A stretch of DNA of 64,000 nucleotides, from contig JAFUXF010000020.1 of NCBI GenBank assembly GCA_017477185.1, forward strand, positions 1,884 to 65,883. Direction: 5' to 3'. A model generated the notes under the pieces. That model was given only the letters and a program-made list of their open reading frames with translations, was not told where the DNA came from and did no database searches. Of the stretch, positions 50,704 through 61,547 are shown one piece after another. The DNA is from Alphaproteobacteria bacterium. Its GTDB lineage: Bacteria > Pseudomonadota > Alphaproteobacteria > RF32 > CAG-239. The position numbers were made by a program, and so were the translations under genes. Positions within the stretch are counted from its first letter, which is position 1. Every line of letters starts with the position of its first letter.

Positions 50704-53195
50704 CGTTGTTCCTGATTGGTATAGTGATTGTTGAGCTGTTTGATATTGGTGTAGGCTTTTGTTGTCGGTTGAGGTTCAGAAATCGCGTGCCCTTGTGAAC
50801 TGAGATAAAATGCTCCTTTTGGCATAATATCATGATATTTACCATCGTCTCCCAAAATTTGCAGACTTTCAAAGTAAACTGTATCTCCGGCGCATAAATC
50901 TTTTTGCCCGCGACGGGTATAACCTGTTGGCGTTTTGACACAATAAGGCGGTATCATATCTGTTCCCTCAACAGTGCCTAAGTGATGAAATTGGTGCCAA
51001 TCTTCCTGCCATTGTTGAGCTTGGGTTGAGGTTATTAAAGTGTTATTATAAGCAGCAGGGTCGTTGGAAAATATAGCGTATTTTAGAGGTTTTTGGTGGT
51101 GCTTGGTGCATTCGTTTAATTTTCCTTCAACCAGAGCATTTAAGACAATCTTTTCTGTTTTCTTGTTTAGGGCAGTAAAGTCTTGATAAATTTCTTCAGA
51201 AATTTGCTTGTTTTGTTTTTTGAAACCTTCCCAGTCGCAGATTATTTTCAGTTTTTTTATGGCTTCTTTATTTGTCGGGGATATATGTTGCTTAAAATAA
51301 AGTTGCATATAGCAGGTGAATAAATAATCATCTGTATCCCATTGTCTTTGCTCAGAGTCAGGACAAGAACGTTTGAGAGATTCATTAAAATCAATATTTT
51401 TTGCCATTTCCGGATGCAGAGCAGCCATTAACCCGATTTTTATATTATGTTTTTGATAAGAGGTTATGTCCAAAGCTGTTTCTGATTTGTTGTGGGTTAA
51501 AACTTGACCGACTAATGATTCATAATTTTTTTCAGATTTGAAAAGTGTTGCCAATTCCGGTGCGTGTTTTTTTATGCGTGTTCTGTCTTCGTCAGATAAA
51601 ACAGATAAATCCAATTTATGACCATCTGCCAGACAACGCATGACAGAAGTTAATTCCCGAGAAGTTGTTTCATGTTTACTTTCGACGGCAACAGGTGTCA
51701 GACTGATTTGGAAACCGCATGTTTTTAGAACATTATTCGTTTTTTCCGGATCCGGTTCTCGATTAGCGTCGCCCATACCATAGGTGATAATGGCGCGAGC
51801 CAAAACTTTTTTTGCCAAATCAGGGGATAGTTGGGTAGAAACTTCTTCTAAAACTTCTTTTGTTTTTTTATGATTGTCAAATAGTTGTTTGGCGCGAGTT
51901 TGATAAAAATTGTCTTGAGCACATTCTTTGATAAGGTCATAGTAAGGCTGATTATATTCTTTCCATAAAATATCATCACTTCTGAGCGAGGTTAGCATTT
52001 TCTGACGCGCTTGATTGAGGGTATTGGGTGGACAGACTAAACTTATCAATTTTTTAAATTGTTCTCTGTGTTGAGCCATATCTTGGTTTTGTCCGGCATT
52101 GGGCGCAGATAAATTAAGAAGGGCATCAGGGGAAATACTTGATATTGTTTGTTTCAAAATTTTACTGGTTTTATCTGTCGTCATTTGCAAATTTTGAGTT
52201 ATTTGAGAGAGCTTGTCTGATAAGGTTTGCATTTGTTGCTCTTGGGTTAATGCGGTATACTTATCTTTTAATTTTTGCTTGAGCTCTTCCGCCGCTAAAG
52301 GATTTTGTGAGAGTAGAGTGTTATAGGCAGAAAGCTCTTTGGCCAAATCCGGTGCTTGTGTTTTTGTTAATTTGATGTTTAATTCTTTGCAAAAATCTTG
52401 AGAGGTGTAGCCTTTTTCTTTCTTTTTTGCAGGTGTTGGAGAGCTTGCAAAAGAGAAAGAATTATCGCCTTTAAGCAGAGAATATAATTCTGCCAAACCT
52501 TTTATGGTGGTGGTATCGTTGCCCAACATTTCTTTCTTTTTAGAGGCATATATTCTATAAGAAACAGATTGTTTTTTATTATCTGTCATCACAACCTTTT
52601 TTATACCGTTTTCTTCTTGTATTTCGACTTTAGTTAAGTTTACAGCCTCTGCAGGTAAGTTCTGCTTTTTAGCAAAAGCGGTTTGCAGAAATGATTTTAC
52701 TTTAGCAACTGTTTTATCTGAAGGGGTTTCTTTGATTGCTGATTTTTCTTTATTGATTATTCTGGTAGCTTTTTTGAGTAAATCATCGACTCCTGCTGTA
52801 TCAACCGGAATTTTTTTTGCTTTTAATTGGGTAAGGTTATCCGAAATTTGCTGTGCTATTTTTGCTCCCTGAGTTAGAAGTTCAATCCCATTTTGTAGGG
52901 CTGGTGAGAAGATGTTTTCTTGCTGGAGTTCCTGTGAGGATAAGATTTTTTGCAGTTCCTCGATGCGTTGTGTGGTTTCAGGAAGATTGTTAAAATCAGC
53001 AGGGATAGAAATTTGACCAGCTAAATAATCTTGAAGTGGGGCAATATGGGCTTGTTTGGCTCTAAGTTGAAGATATGCATCAAAGAGATTTTCAAGTGCT
53101 TTGTTTTTTTTATCTTTGGGCAAATCCTTATCATCAAGTAATTGCATACTTGTGCGTATTTGGTGCATGGATTCTAATTTTTCATCGTTTGTCAT
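50700..53195 (-). CDS. Large hypothetical helical protein
   Basis: 831-aa ORF, GAGG RBS, ATGA-coupled to the GNAT gene; no recognisable motif. Confidence 0.8.
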   Translation of the reverse strand: MTNDEKLESMHQIRTSMQLLDDKDLPKDKKNKALENLFDAYLQLRAKQAHIAPLQDYLAGQISIPADFNNLPETTQRIEELQKILSSQELQQENIFSPALQNGIELLTQGAKIAQQISDNLTQLKAKKIPVDTAGVDDLLKKATRIINKEKSAIKETPSDKTVAKVKSFLQTAFAKKQNLPAEAVNLTKVEIQEENGIKKVVMTDNKKQSVSYRIYASKKKEMLGNDTTTIKGLAELYSLLKGDNSFSFASSPTPAKKKEKGYTSQDFCKELNIKLTKTQAPDLAKELSAYNTLLSQNPLAAEELKQKLKDKYTALTQEQQMQTLSDKLSQITQNLQMTTDKTSKILKQTISSISPDALLNLSAPNAGQNQDMAQHREQFKKLISLVCPPNTLNQARQKMLTSLRSDDILWKEYNQPYYDLIKECAQDNFYQTRAKQLFDNHKKTKEVLEEVSTQLSPDLAKKVLARAIITYGMGDANREPDPEKTNNVLKTCGFQISLTPVAVESKHETTSRELTSVMRCLADGHKLDLSVLSDEDRTRIKKHAPELATLFKSEKNYESLVGQVLTHNKSETALDITSYQKHNIKIGLMAALHPEMAKNIDFNESLKRSCPDSEQRQWDTDDYLFTCYMQLYFKQHISPTNKEAIKKLKIICDWEGFKKQNKQISEEIYQDFTALNKKTEKIVLNALVEGKLNECTKHHQKPLKYAIFSNDPAAYNNTLITSTQAQQWQEDWHQFHHLGTVEGTDMIPPYCVKTPTGYTRRGQKDLCAGDTVYFESLQILGDDGKYHDIMPKGAFYLSSQGHAISEPQPTTKAYTNIKQLNNHYTNQEQR

Positions 53196-53330
53196 TTTTA
53201 CCTCTTTATTATATTATACAATAAAACTTAAAATATTTAAAACAATTTTTGACAAAATTTATGAAAATTTTTCTTGCATTCGGTTTTGAAGTGTGATATA
53301 CAGGAATCCGCTAAAGTATATTAAGATATT

Positions 53331-53690
53331 ATGAAAGATGAAAAGACTTCCTTGATGCGTGGTGAGATGCCATCCATTATGGACTTGGAATTTTTTTCCA
53401 AGAGATTTAACATCCGTCGCGAATTGATGGGATGGGGTTTGCAAAAAATTACTACAGAGGAGCGTATAAGCTACATTCCGGTAGTAATCATAAGAGGAGG
53501 TCAGGTGTTTATTGACATCAAAAAAGACTGTTTCGAGACCCGTCAGTCAATTTATGGCCGCAAAGCCGAGCTTCTGCCCGCCGTCATGACGGAAATGAAT
53601 GATTCGTACAAGTTCTCTGCTCAGGAGGCTGAATATATCTTTACCAAAGATGATGTTCTGACTTTGTACGAGCGGAAACTTATGTTCTAA
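53331..53690 (+). CDS. Hypothetical protein
   Basis: 119-aa ORF followed by a hairpin terminator at ~53694-53731. Confidence 0.6.
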   Translation: MKDEKTSLMRGEMPSIMDLEFFSKRFNIRRELMGWGLQKITTEERISYIPVVIIRGGQVFIDIKKDCFETRQSIYGRKAELLPAVMTEMNDSYKFSAQEAEYIFTKDDVLTLYERKLMF

Positions 53691-53790
53691 ACGAAGCCGT
53701 TGGTTTGCTTTTGGGCAACCGACGGTTTTTTGTTGGAAAAATGCAAAAGAGAGATTATATTGCAGATATTAAGTAATAGAGGAGATTAAA

Positions 53791-54351
53791 ATGAGCGTTT
53801 TATTTATTAATGCTTGTGTGCGGTCCGAATCACGGACACATCGTTTGGCAGAAAAAGTTTTGCAAAAATTAGGCGGTGAATTTACGGAAGTTAATTTAGA
53901 GGTGGAAAATATTGCACCTCTGAACAGCAAAACCTTAGAAAAGCGCTCAAAATTGGTGGCGGAGAAAAAATATGATGATGATTTTTTTCGCTATGCCAGA
54001 CAATTTGCTGAGGCAGAAACAATTGTTGTGGCGGCACCGTTTTGGGATTTTTCGTTTCCGGCAGTGTTGAAATGTTATGTTGAAGCAATCAGCATTTCCG
54101 GCATTACTTTTTCCTATACCGAGCACGGGGTTCAGGGGTTATGCAAAGCCAAAAAATTGATTTATGTTGCAACTTCGGGTGGCTTTATTCCTGAAAATAA
54201 CTCAGGATACGGCTATTTCAAGGATCTTGCCACGCAGTTATACGGCATTAAACAGACACAATTTTTTAAGGCTGAGGGCTTGGATATTGTCGGTAATGAT
54301 GTTGAAGCAATTATGCAAAAAGCCCTGCAAGAAATTGATCAATCCTTATAA
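53791..54351 (+). CDS. azoR: FMN-dependent NADH-azoreductase (AzoR/AcpD-like)
   Basis: VVAAPFWDFSFPAVLK, GITFSYT..G..GL, ATSGG, AEGLD. Confidence 0.85.
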   Translation: MSVLFINACVRSESRTHRLAEKVLQKLGGEFTEVNLEVENIAPLNSKTLEKRSKLVAEKKYDDDFFRYARQFAEAETIVVAAPFWDFSFPAVLKCYVEAISISGITFSYTEHGVQGLCKAKKLIYVATSGGFIPENNSGYGYFKDLATQLYGIKQTQFFKAEGLDIVGNDVEAIMQKALQEIDQSL

Positions 54352-55326
54352 ATTGCATTGTGAACAGCATTTATCATTTTCAATTTGAATATTGCAATGA
54401 TTGATTGCAAATTCCTCTTTGAGTAATTTTGTTATTTTAGAGGTCAGGTTGAGGTCATCGGCTTCAATGTGGCACTCCAAAGAAACATCATGCTCATTAA
54501 TACACCATAAGTGAATATGGTGTACACCTTTTACGCCTTTTATTTTAAGAATGGCTTTTTGGATTTCTTCCATATCCATGTCATCAGGGGCGGCATTCAT
54601 CAGAATATTAACAATTTTCGGGAAGGAAATAACCGCCTGAAAAATCATATAAAAAGCGATGAGCAGGGCAACAATGCCATCTACACGGTACACCTCAAAC
54701 CACACAACGCATAGGCCGGAAATAATGACACCGACGGAGCCCAGGGCATCTGCCAGATTATGAATGAAAACCATTTTCATGTTGGTGTTGTGGTGGGCGT
54801 CGTGATGCGAGATTTTGGCGGTGGCTGTATCAATAATTAATGCTAAAACCGAAATCCAAATAATAACCATGCCGTCGATTTGTTCGGGCTTAATGAGGCG
54901 CTCAATACCTTCGATGAATAAGTAAATACCGGAAATAAAGAGCAAAATCAGGTTGACAAAGCCGCCGATAATTTCCGCGCGTTTGAAACCATAGGTGTAT
55001 TTGGGTGAAGCTTTTTTATGCCCGATTTTGAAGGCGATAACGGCAATCAGGATAGACAAGGCATCAGAGGTGTTGTGGAGGGCATCGCCAATCAGAGAGA
55101 CACTGCCGGCGATGAGACCGCCGATAATTTCTGCCACGGAGAGGATCATGTTAATCGCAAAAGACAGTAGTAGCAAGTGTACGGATTTTTCGCTGACTTC
55201 CCCGTGGTGGTGATGACATAAACCATGGTGGTGCTCGTGCCGGTGTTCTTGCTTGTGAGGCGGAAGGGGGGTAATATGGGGTTCAAAGTGCGGGTGTTTA
55301 TGTTTGTGTTTTATTTCTTTTGACAT
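54346..55326 (-). CDS. Cation diffusion facilitator (CzcD/ZitB-like) with His-rich N-terminus
   Basis: GDALHNTSD, YTYGFKRAE, HNLADALGS, VHHIHLW. Confidence 0.93.
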   Translation of the reverse strand: MSKEIKHKHKHPHFEPHITPLPPHKQEHRHEHHHGLCHHHHGEVSEKSVHLLLLSFAINMILSVAEIIGGLIAGSVSLIGDALHNTSDALSILIAVIAFKIGHKKASPKYTYGFKRAEIIGGFVNLILLFISGIYLFIEGIERLIKPEQIDGMVIIWISVLALIIDTATAKISHHDAHHNTNMKMVFIHNLADALGSVGVIISGLCVVWFEVYRVDGIVALLIAFYMIFQAVISFPKIVNILMNAAPDDMDMEEIQKAILKIKGVKGVHHIHLWCINEHDVSLECHIEADDLNLTSKITKLLKEEFAINHCNIQIENDKCCSQCNL

Positions 55327-55411
55327 TTTTGCTCTCTTAAAAGATATTTCTTGCTTTTAGATTTAAGCAAAATAAGTCAGGAGTCAAGAGGCATCAGCGG
55401 ATTATAGAACA

Positions 55412-55442
55412 CAAAAAAAAGACCGCCAAACAGCGGTCTTTC
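55412..55442 (-). terminator. Terminator of rplM-rpsI
   Basis: AAAAAAAAGACCGC-CAAACA-GCGGTCTTT. Confidence 0.8.
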
Positions 55443-55463
55443 GTAAAAACGTAACGTAATTGA

Positions 55464-55982
55464 TTAACGTTTTGAGAATTGGTAAGAGCGTCTTGCTTTT
55501 GCTTTACCGAATTTCTTACGTTCAACAACACGATCATCACGCGTTAAGAAACCAGCCTTTTTCAGAACAGCTCTCAACTCCGGCTCGTATTCGTTCAAAG
55601 CCTTTGAAATACCGTGTTTGATAGCACCGGCTTGACCAGATAATCCGCCGCCTTTAACGGTGCAGATAACGTCAAATTCATTAACACGGTTGGTAATTTC
55701 AAAAGGTTGATTGATAATCATTTTCAAAACCGGACGAGCAAAGTATTGATCAACAGATTTCTCGTTAATGGTAATGTTACCTTTACCCGGCTTAATCCAT
55801 ACGCGTGCAACAGCGTCTTTTCTTTTACCTGTGGCATAAGAACGACCTTGTTTGTCGCGATTAGGTTTGCGAGCAGCTGTTTCAGTCTCAGAAGCAGTAG
55901 CGGCTTTGTTGGCAGTTGCTTTAGCTGTTTTAGCTTTTGCAGCGCTTTTAATATCTTTTAAAGATTCAATTTTTTCAGCCAT
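55464..55982 (-). CDS. rpsI: 30S ribosomal protein S9
   Basis: [27 protein letters not shown]. Confidence 0.98.
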   Translation of the reverse strand: MAEKIESLKDIKSAAKAKTAKATANKAATASETETAARKPNRDKQGRSYATGKRKDAVARVWIKPGKGNITINEKSVDQYFARPVLKMIINQPFEITNRVNEFDVICTVKGGGLSGQAGAIKHGISKALNEYEPELRAVLKKAGFLTRDDRVVERKKFGKAKARRSYQFSKR

Positions 55983-56452
55983 TATAACTCGCTCCTTTTA
56001 TTCTTTTCATTTTTAGCGGCAATATCAAAAACCTCAGGGTTTTGTGCTGTATGTGGGTGTTCAGCTCCGGCATAAACTTTTAATTTTGTCATTTGCTGAC
56101 GCCCCAGAGGATTACGGCTAATCATACGTTCAACAGCTTTGATAATAACTCTTTCAGGGAAACGACCAGCCAAAATTTTGCCGGCAGTTGTCTCTTTAAT
56201 ACCGCCAATCCAGCCGGTATGTTTGAAATACTTTTTATCAGTTAATTTTTTGCCTGTTAATTTAACTTTATCAGCATTGATAACGATAACATAGTCGCCG
56301 CAGTCTAAGTTCGGGCTGTAGCTCGGTTTGTGTTTACCGCGCAAAAGTTTAGAAACCTCTGCAGCGAGACGACCGAGAACAACACCTTCAGCGTCGAGAA
56401 CATACCATTTTCTCTCAATATCTGATGCTTTTGTTGCATAAGTTTGGTTCAT
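55982..56452 (-). CDS. rplM: 50S ribosomal protein L13
   Basis: [30 protein letters not shown]. Confidence 0.98.
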   Translation of the reverse strand: MNQTYATKASDIERKWYVLDAEGVVLGRLAAEVSKLLRGKHKPSYSPNLDCGDYVIVINADKVKLTGKKLTDKKYFKHTGWIGGIKETTAGKILAGRFPERVIIKAVERMISRNPLGRQQMTKLKVYAGAEHPHTAQNPEVFDIAAKNEKNKRSEL

Positions 56453-56614
56453 ATTTTCTCTCTTTACTCAAAAGATTGTTAATTTATTCGTGTGTGAATA
56501 TACTTGAAAATTTTTTAATGTCAATAAGAAAAAATCAATATTTTTCAATAAATTGAATAATGGTATTATTATACCTCTTGTTAATTGATTGATTTTTAAA
56601 CATAATGACTGTTT

Positions 56615-58174
56615 TTACTTTTTACATCCATCAAAAACATCTAATTCTTTTTGATAATTTTTGCTTTGAATACTGACTAAGCCAAGTAAGCTGTGAAAAA
56701 TGTTATCATGGCTATGGTGATTTTGTTTTGCATTTTGCTTGAGGCACTCCATATCATAGCCGTATTCATTGTTTTTAGGCATCCAAACCAACATTGGGAC
56801 TTGTTTTTGCTCAATTGGGGCTGTTTTATAGGGGGCAGCATGCAGAAAAATGTCATTTTCTTTCAGCGATTCTCCGTGATCTGAGGTATACATCAGGGCG
56901 ACATTATATTGATTTTGTACGCTTTGCAAAATATCTATGGTACGGGCGATGAATTTGGAAACATAGTGAATAGTGTTATCGTATACATTAATCAGTTCTT
57001 CTTGTGTACAATCTTTCAAATTTTGAGTGGTACAAATCGGTTGATAGATGTTACTGGATTCATCATAATGGAGATGATATGACGGACCGTGGCTTCCTCG
57101 AGTATGTAATACAATCAACTGATTATCATTATACTTTTCAATCTTTTGTTTAAGATTTTGCAGTAATACATCATCAAGACAGCTCTTGGCATCACATGGT
57201 TCTTCATATAAAACGCGTTTACAAACATCTTTGCAACCGCCGTCGTTATCTAACCAACGAATTTTGTAGCCGGCGGCTTTATAGATATCCAAAATATTTT
57301 CCATGTACTCCTCGCTTCCGGCCTTGAAATGTTTGCGGTCATAAATTGAGAACATACAAGGGACGGAAATGGCCGTTGATGTGCCACAACTTTGAACGTC
57401 AGGATAATAAACAATATTTTCTAAATAAGGCGTTAAGGCCTGATTGGTCGGGCGGTGGTAGCCGTTGAGCGAGAAATTTGCGGCACGAGAGGTTTCTCCC
57501 AAGATAAAAACAATCAGATTTGGTTTGCCGGTGACGGGAATTTTTTTGATATCTTCGGTTATTTTTTGTAGCGGTGGACGAGGCGTTAATTTATCAATCA
57601 AAACCTCTGTCCCTCCGGCTAAATAATTGATTGGCGGCAAATAATTCATCAAATATTTGAAGCGGTGTAGCATTAAATTTGTGCTTTGGTAAAATAAGCC
57701 ACCTAAAAGCAGGATAATTGCCAGGCTTTGTCCGCAATATTTGAAAATTTTACTGTATGGGGCGCGACGGATTGAGCACAGATAAATGATGATTGCTGGC
57801 ACAATTCCTAAAAACAAAAGACATATCAACAATTTGATGTTTAGCAATTCGGAGACCTCGCCGGTGTCTGTTTGTAAGGCATTCATTATCATGACATTAT
57901 CAACCGGGGTGTGATAGGTATACATAAAATAAAAGACGAAGGCGTTACAAATGACCAAGATAATACTGCATTGTTTAATCAGGCGTCTTGGAAACAGTAG
58001 GCGAAAGCAAATAAATAAGGTTTGCCAGATAATCATAAAGGCAACCGGTATATAATACAGCGGTAAATTGTCTAAGTAAGCTTCTTTAAAGAAATAAAAT
58101 CCGTATAAAATGACAGTCAAAAAACTGTAAATTTGTAAAAAAGTGCTGGATTGCATAGATTTTATATTGAGCAT
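56615..58174 (-). CDS. eptA: Lipid A phosphoethanolamine transferase (EptA/MCR family)
   Basis: 5 N-terminal TMs; ILGETSRA, SCGTSTAISVPCMFS, GSHGPSY, YDNTI, SDHGESL, SHDNIFH. Confidence 0.9.
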   Translation of the reverse strand: MLNIKSMQSSTFLQIYSFLTVILYGFYFFKEAYLDNLPLYYIPVAFMIIWQTLFICFRLLFPRRLIKQCSIILVICNAFVFYFMYTYHTPVDNVMIMNALQTDTGEVSELLNIKLLICLLFLGIVPAIIIYLCSIRRAPYSKIFKYCGQSLAIILLLGGLFYQSTNLMLHRFKYLMNYLPPINYLAGGTEVLIDKLTPRPPLQKITEDIKKIPVTGKPNLIVFILGETSRAANFSLNGYHRPTNQALTPYLENIVYYPDVQSCGTSTAISVPCMFSIYDRKHFKAGSEEYMENILDIYKAAGYKIRWLDNDGGCKDVCKRVLYEEPCDAKSCLDDVLLQNLKQKIEKYNDNQLIVLHTRGSHGPSYHLHYDESSNIYQPICTTQNLKDCTQEELINVYDNTIHYVSKFIARTIDILQSVQNQYNVALMYTSDHGESLKENDIFLHAAPYKTAPIEQKQVPMLVWMPKNNEYGYDMECLKQNAKQNHHSHDNIFHSLLGLVSIQSKNYQKELDVFDGCKK

Positions 58175-58893
58175 TAAAATAGTTCTCCTTGTATTGTCTC
58201 ATTAAGATTCGCCAGAGCTTCTTTGATAATCGGCAGAGAAACTGCTCGTTTGCGGATAAGAGAAATGGTATCAATTTCGGCTACTAATCGGTTGCAAAAG
58301 CTGAAGGAACGTTGCATATTTTTGACCATATAGCTGATAAGGTCCGGCGTTATTATGAGTTGCCTATCGGCAAACAGTTTAACAATCAGAGCTGACAGCA
58401 TTTCATCATCGGGTTCACCAATCGCAACTGATGGGACAATATTTAAACGTGATTGCAGATCAGGTAATTTGAAGTGCCAACGGGCAGGTGCTTGTTCAGA
58501 AGTCAGCAGGATAAATCCGTTTTCGTTGCGATACAAATTATACAAATGGAAGAGAGCTTCTTCATCAATATTATTATTTAAATCTTCTATTACCAGGCAT
58601 TTATGTTTTTCAAAAGAATCATAAACAGAATCCATTTTGATGTTTTGGGCTTTAAGGTATGGAATATGATACGGATAATTAGTTTGTTTGGACACATTGT
58701 CGGCAAAAATACGGCTTAAGTGTGTTTTTCCACAACCGCTCGGTCCGTATAAACAGATTGCAAAAAATGGCCATTGTGGCCATGCGTCAATTATTTTGAC
58801 AGCTTCATAATTGCATTTGGCTACCATGAAATCTTCACGTCCGAAGTAGGGGTGTGGTGCAAAATCAAAGGTATATTGTGTATTTTTGACCAT
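58174..58893 (-). CDS. hda: DnaA regulatory inactivator HdaA
   Basis: QYTFDF clamp-binding motif, GPSGCGKTHL, ALFHLYN, PDLQSRL. Confidence 0.88.
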   Translation of the reverse strand: MVKNTQYTFDFAPHPYFGREDFMVAKCNYEAVKIIDAWPQWPFFAICLYGPSGCGKTHLSRIFADNVSKQTNYPYHIPYLKAQNIKMDSVYDSFEKHKCLVIEDLNNNIDEEALFHLYNLYRNENGFILLTSEQAPARWHFKLPDLQSRLNIVPSVAIGEPDDEMLSALIVKLFADRQLIITPDLISYMVKNMQRSFSFCNRLVAEIDTISLIRKRAVSLPIIKEALANLNETIQGELF

Positions 58894-61547
58894 TATTGTG
58901 CCTGTTTTTTATTGAGTATATCAAAAACCTTACGAGTCAAGTCGCCAAGACTGAATGGTTTAGTCATAAATTCAAAATCCTGTGAATTAGCTAACTCTTT
59001 ACGGATAATTTCTTCAGAGTAGCCGGAGGCCAAAATGATTTCAATATTCGGAATTTTTTGGCGCACAATACCTGCTAATTCGGCTCCGTTCATGCCGGGC
59101 ATAACCATATCGGTTATCAGTAAATTAAAGTTTATGTCTGTTTCCAGTTTTTCTAATGCATTTTCTGCAGAATTGCAACTGATAACTTCATATCCTTTTT
59201 TCTTTAGGGCTCGCACTGCAAATGCTCTCACAGAATCCTCATCTTCTACGAACAAAATTCTAACGCTTTTGTCGGCGGAATTACTGGGAGCAGTGTTTCG
59301 ATCTAAGGCCGAAACATTAAGGCCAAAAATCATTTTTTGGTTGAGAGTTATCGGAGAGGCATTTCGTTCTTGAACGGTTAAAATTGGGGAACCGTCGCGA
59401 TCTGTGATGATTTCTTTGGTTTCGGGTTGAGAATCCGAAAGTACTTCTTTTTGTTGCTCAAAACGAGGGAGGTGGATCGAAAACGTTGTTCCTTTATTTA
59501 TCTTACTTTCAACTTTGATGAAACCTTCAGTTTGACGGACAATCCCGTAGACCATGGCTAATCCCAAGCCGGTTCCGGAGCCGACAACATTTTGTTTGGT
59601 GGAGAAAAACGGTTCAAAAATGCGGCTCAGATTTTCTGATGAAATTCCGCATCCTGTATCCTTGACATCAATAACCACAAAATCTCCGGGCTTGATGATA
59701 TCTGCTCCGAATTGATAAGGCGTGGAAAGATTTTCTACACGCGTTGTAATGGTCAGCGTTCCTTTTCCATTCATAGCATCTTTGGCATTAACAGCTAAGT
59801 TCAACATGACTTGAGCAAATTGAACGGGATCAACCTTAATATAGCCTAAATCGCTGCTGTGGTTGAATTTTAAGATTATTTGTTCTCCGAGTGTTCGGCG
59901 CAAAAGTTGTGTTAGGTCAACCAGACTTTCGGTCACATCAATCAATTTTGGTTTTAAGGATTGTTTACGAGAGAAAGCAAGTAACTGTCTGACCAAACCG
60001 GCAGCTCTGGTGGCATTGTTTTTGATTTGCATTAAGTCTGAAAATGACGGATCTCCCACACCATGACGTTGCAGAAGCAAATCACAAAAACCGAGCATTG
60101 CCGTCAAGAGATTATTAAAGTCATGGGCGACGCCGCCGGCCATTTGTCCCATTGCTTGCATCTTTTGGGCTTGTGCATATTGTAATTCGAGTTTTTTATG
60201 CTGAGTATTGTCAATCAGATAAAAAACATAACCTTCCAGATGGGGAGTTATATTTCGAAGGCTGCGCATGGGTTGCAAGTATAAAATGACAATTTTTTCG
60301 TTTTCAGGAGTCTTGAGATGAAGTTCTAAAGCGGTATCTCCGGAAATTTGTGCTGAATTATCGGAGATATATTTTAGAAATTGTTCTTGATCAGCTTCTT
60401 CAATAAATTCTAAAAAATCATGATGAATAATTTCTTCGCGCGGACAGGAAAAATAATTGCTGATGTGTGTATTGCAGTCAATAATTATGTGTTGTGTATC
60501 CATAAATCCGATACCGACGGGGGCGTTATTAAATAACCAAGTGATTTCATCAAGGGATTTATCTAGATGGTGTTTTAAATCAGTGTCATTAGGAATGTTG
60601 TTGAGGGCTACACAGTGAAATTTGATATCTTTGTTATCACGGAAACTATCTTGTGTTACAAAGAATTCGCAAATTTCTTGATTGGCATTTTTTAAATATA
60701 CATTACCATTCCAACGTGATTGCAAAGGTGGCAGTGTTGTCTGTGGTGCTATAAATTCTTTGAGATTGCGATTGATTAATTCTTCGCGCTTCGTTCCTAG
60801 TTGATTGGCAAAGGTATGGTTGCAATATTCAAGCTCATAATCGTTTCTGTATGTAAATAAACCAACGGGGAGATAATCCAAAAAATCGTGAAGTGATTTG
60901 CGCTCTTCTTGGAACATTTGTTCCATATTATGGTGAGCAGAGATGTCTTTTAGTCGCCATAATATGTAGCAGGATTTTTTGATGGCTTTGACCGAAAATC
61001 GACCACTGAAAATATCTGTTTTTTTGAGATATATAGGTTTGACTGTGATTTCAAAAAAACTTTCAGGGGTAAACACCATCTCATCATGATGAATATCTAA
61101 ATTAAGGACAACGGTGTCAGTTGTCAGATGTAATAAGGCTGTTTTAAGACGATTGATGGCTACCTGATTGACAGATGTCTGATTTAAATGTTGCTCTAAA
61201 AAGGTAATGATTGGCGCGTTCTTAAAAAAATCTCGTGCTAAGTCATTTTGAATGACAGGTTCTAATTTGGCGTTATCTATTCGCATGATTTCAAAATCAT
61301 TTTTCATCAATTCATTGGCAAATCCGCCATAGCTGATAGCTTCTTCAGCAGTACTTAGGGTCTTGATAGCCATGCTTAGGCTGTAGACCGTGATGATAAT
61401 GAAAGCAAAAACAAGTAATAAACGATAGTCTGGATATAATAAAAACAACACTAAAGCCAAGGTTAGGGCTATGAGTGAATAGGCTAACGCAATCAAGCGT
61501 TTTTGAAGAAGTTTATCAGGTCTGGGGGTTTTTAAGTTGCATAACAT
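58893..61547 (-). CDS. cckA: Hybrid PAS histidine kinase/receiver CckA (start uncertain)
   Basis: GGVAHDFNNLL, NLAVNAKDAM, FEPFFSTK, GTGLGL, receiver TDMVMP; lies directly after flhB. Confidence 0.9.
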   Translation of the reverse strand: MLCNLKTPRPDKLLQKRLIALAYSLIALTLALVLFLLYPDYRLLLVFAFIIITVYSLSMAIKTLSTAEEAISYGGFANELMKNDFEIMRIDNAKLEPVIQNDLARDFFKNAPIITFLEQHLNQTSVNQVAINRLKTALLHLTTDTVVLNLDIHHDEMVFTPESFFEITVKPIYLKKTDIFSGRFSVKAIKKSCYILWRLKDISAHHNMEQMFQEERKSLHDFLDYLPVGLFTYRNDYELEYCNHTFANQLGTKREELINRNLKEFIAPQTTLPPLQSRWNGNVYLKNANQEICEFFVTQDSFRDNKDIKFHCVALNNIPNDTDLKHHLDKSLDEITWLFNNAPVGIGFMDTQHIIIDCNTHISNYFSCPREEIIHHDFLEFIEEADQEQFLKYISDNSAQISGDTALELHLKTPENEKIVILYLQPMRSLRNITPHLEGYVFYLIDNTQHKKLELQYAQAQKMQAMGQMAGGVAHDFNNLLTAMLGFCDLLLQRHGVGDPSFSDLMQIKNNATRAAGLVRQLLAFSRKQSLKPKLIDVTESLVDLTQLLRRTLGEQIILKFNHSSDLGYIKVDPVQFAQVMLNLAVNAKDAMNGKGTLTITTRVENLSTPYQFGADIIKPGDFVVIDVKDTGCGISSENLSRIFEPFFSTKQNVVGSGTGLGLAMVYGIVRQTEGFIKVESKINKGTTFSIHLPRFEQQKEVLSDSQPETKEIITDRDGSPILTVQERNASPITLNQKMIFGLNVSALDRNTAPSNSADKSVRILFVEDEDSVRAFAVRALKKKGYEVISCNSAENALEKLETDINFNLLITDMVMPGMNGAELAGIVRQKIPNIEIILASGYSEEIIRKELANSQDFEFMTKPFSLGDLTRKVFDILNKKQAQ

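Noticed and set aside
56615-58174. Mobile mcr colistin-resistance gene
   Set aside because: Embedded in a core operon with no IS or PAP2 neighbour; best called chromosomal eptA.
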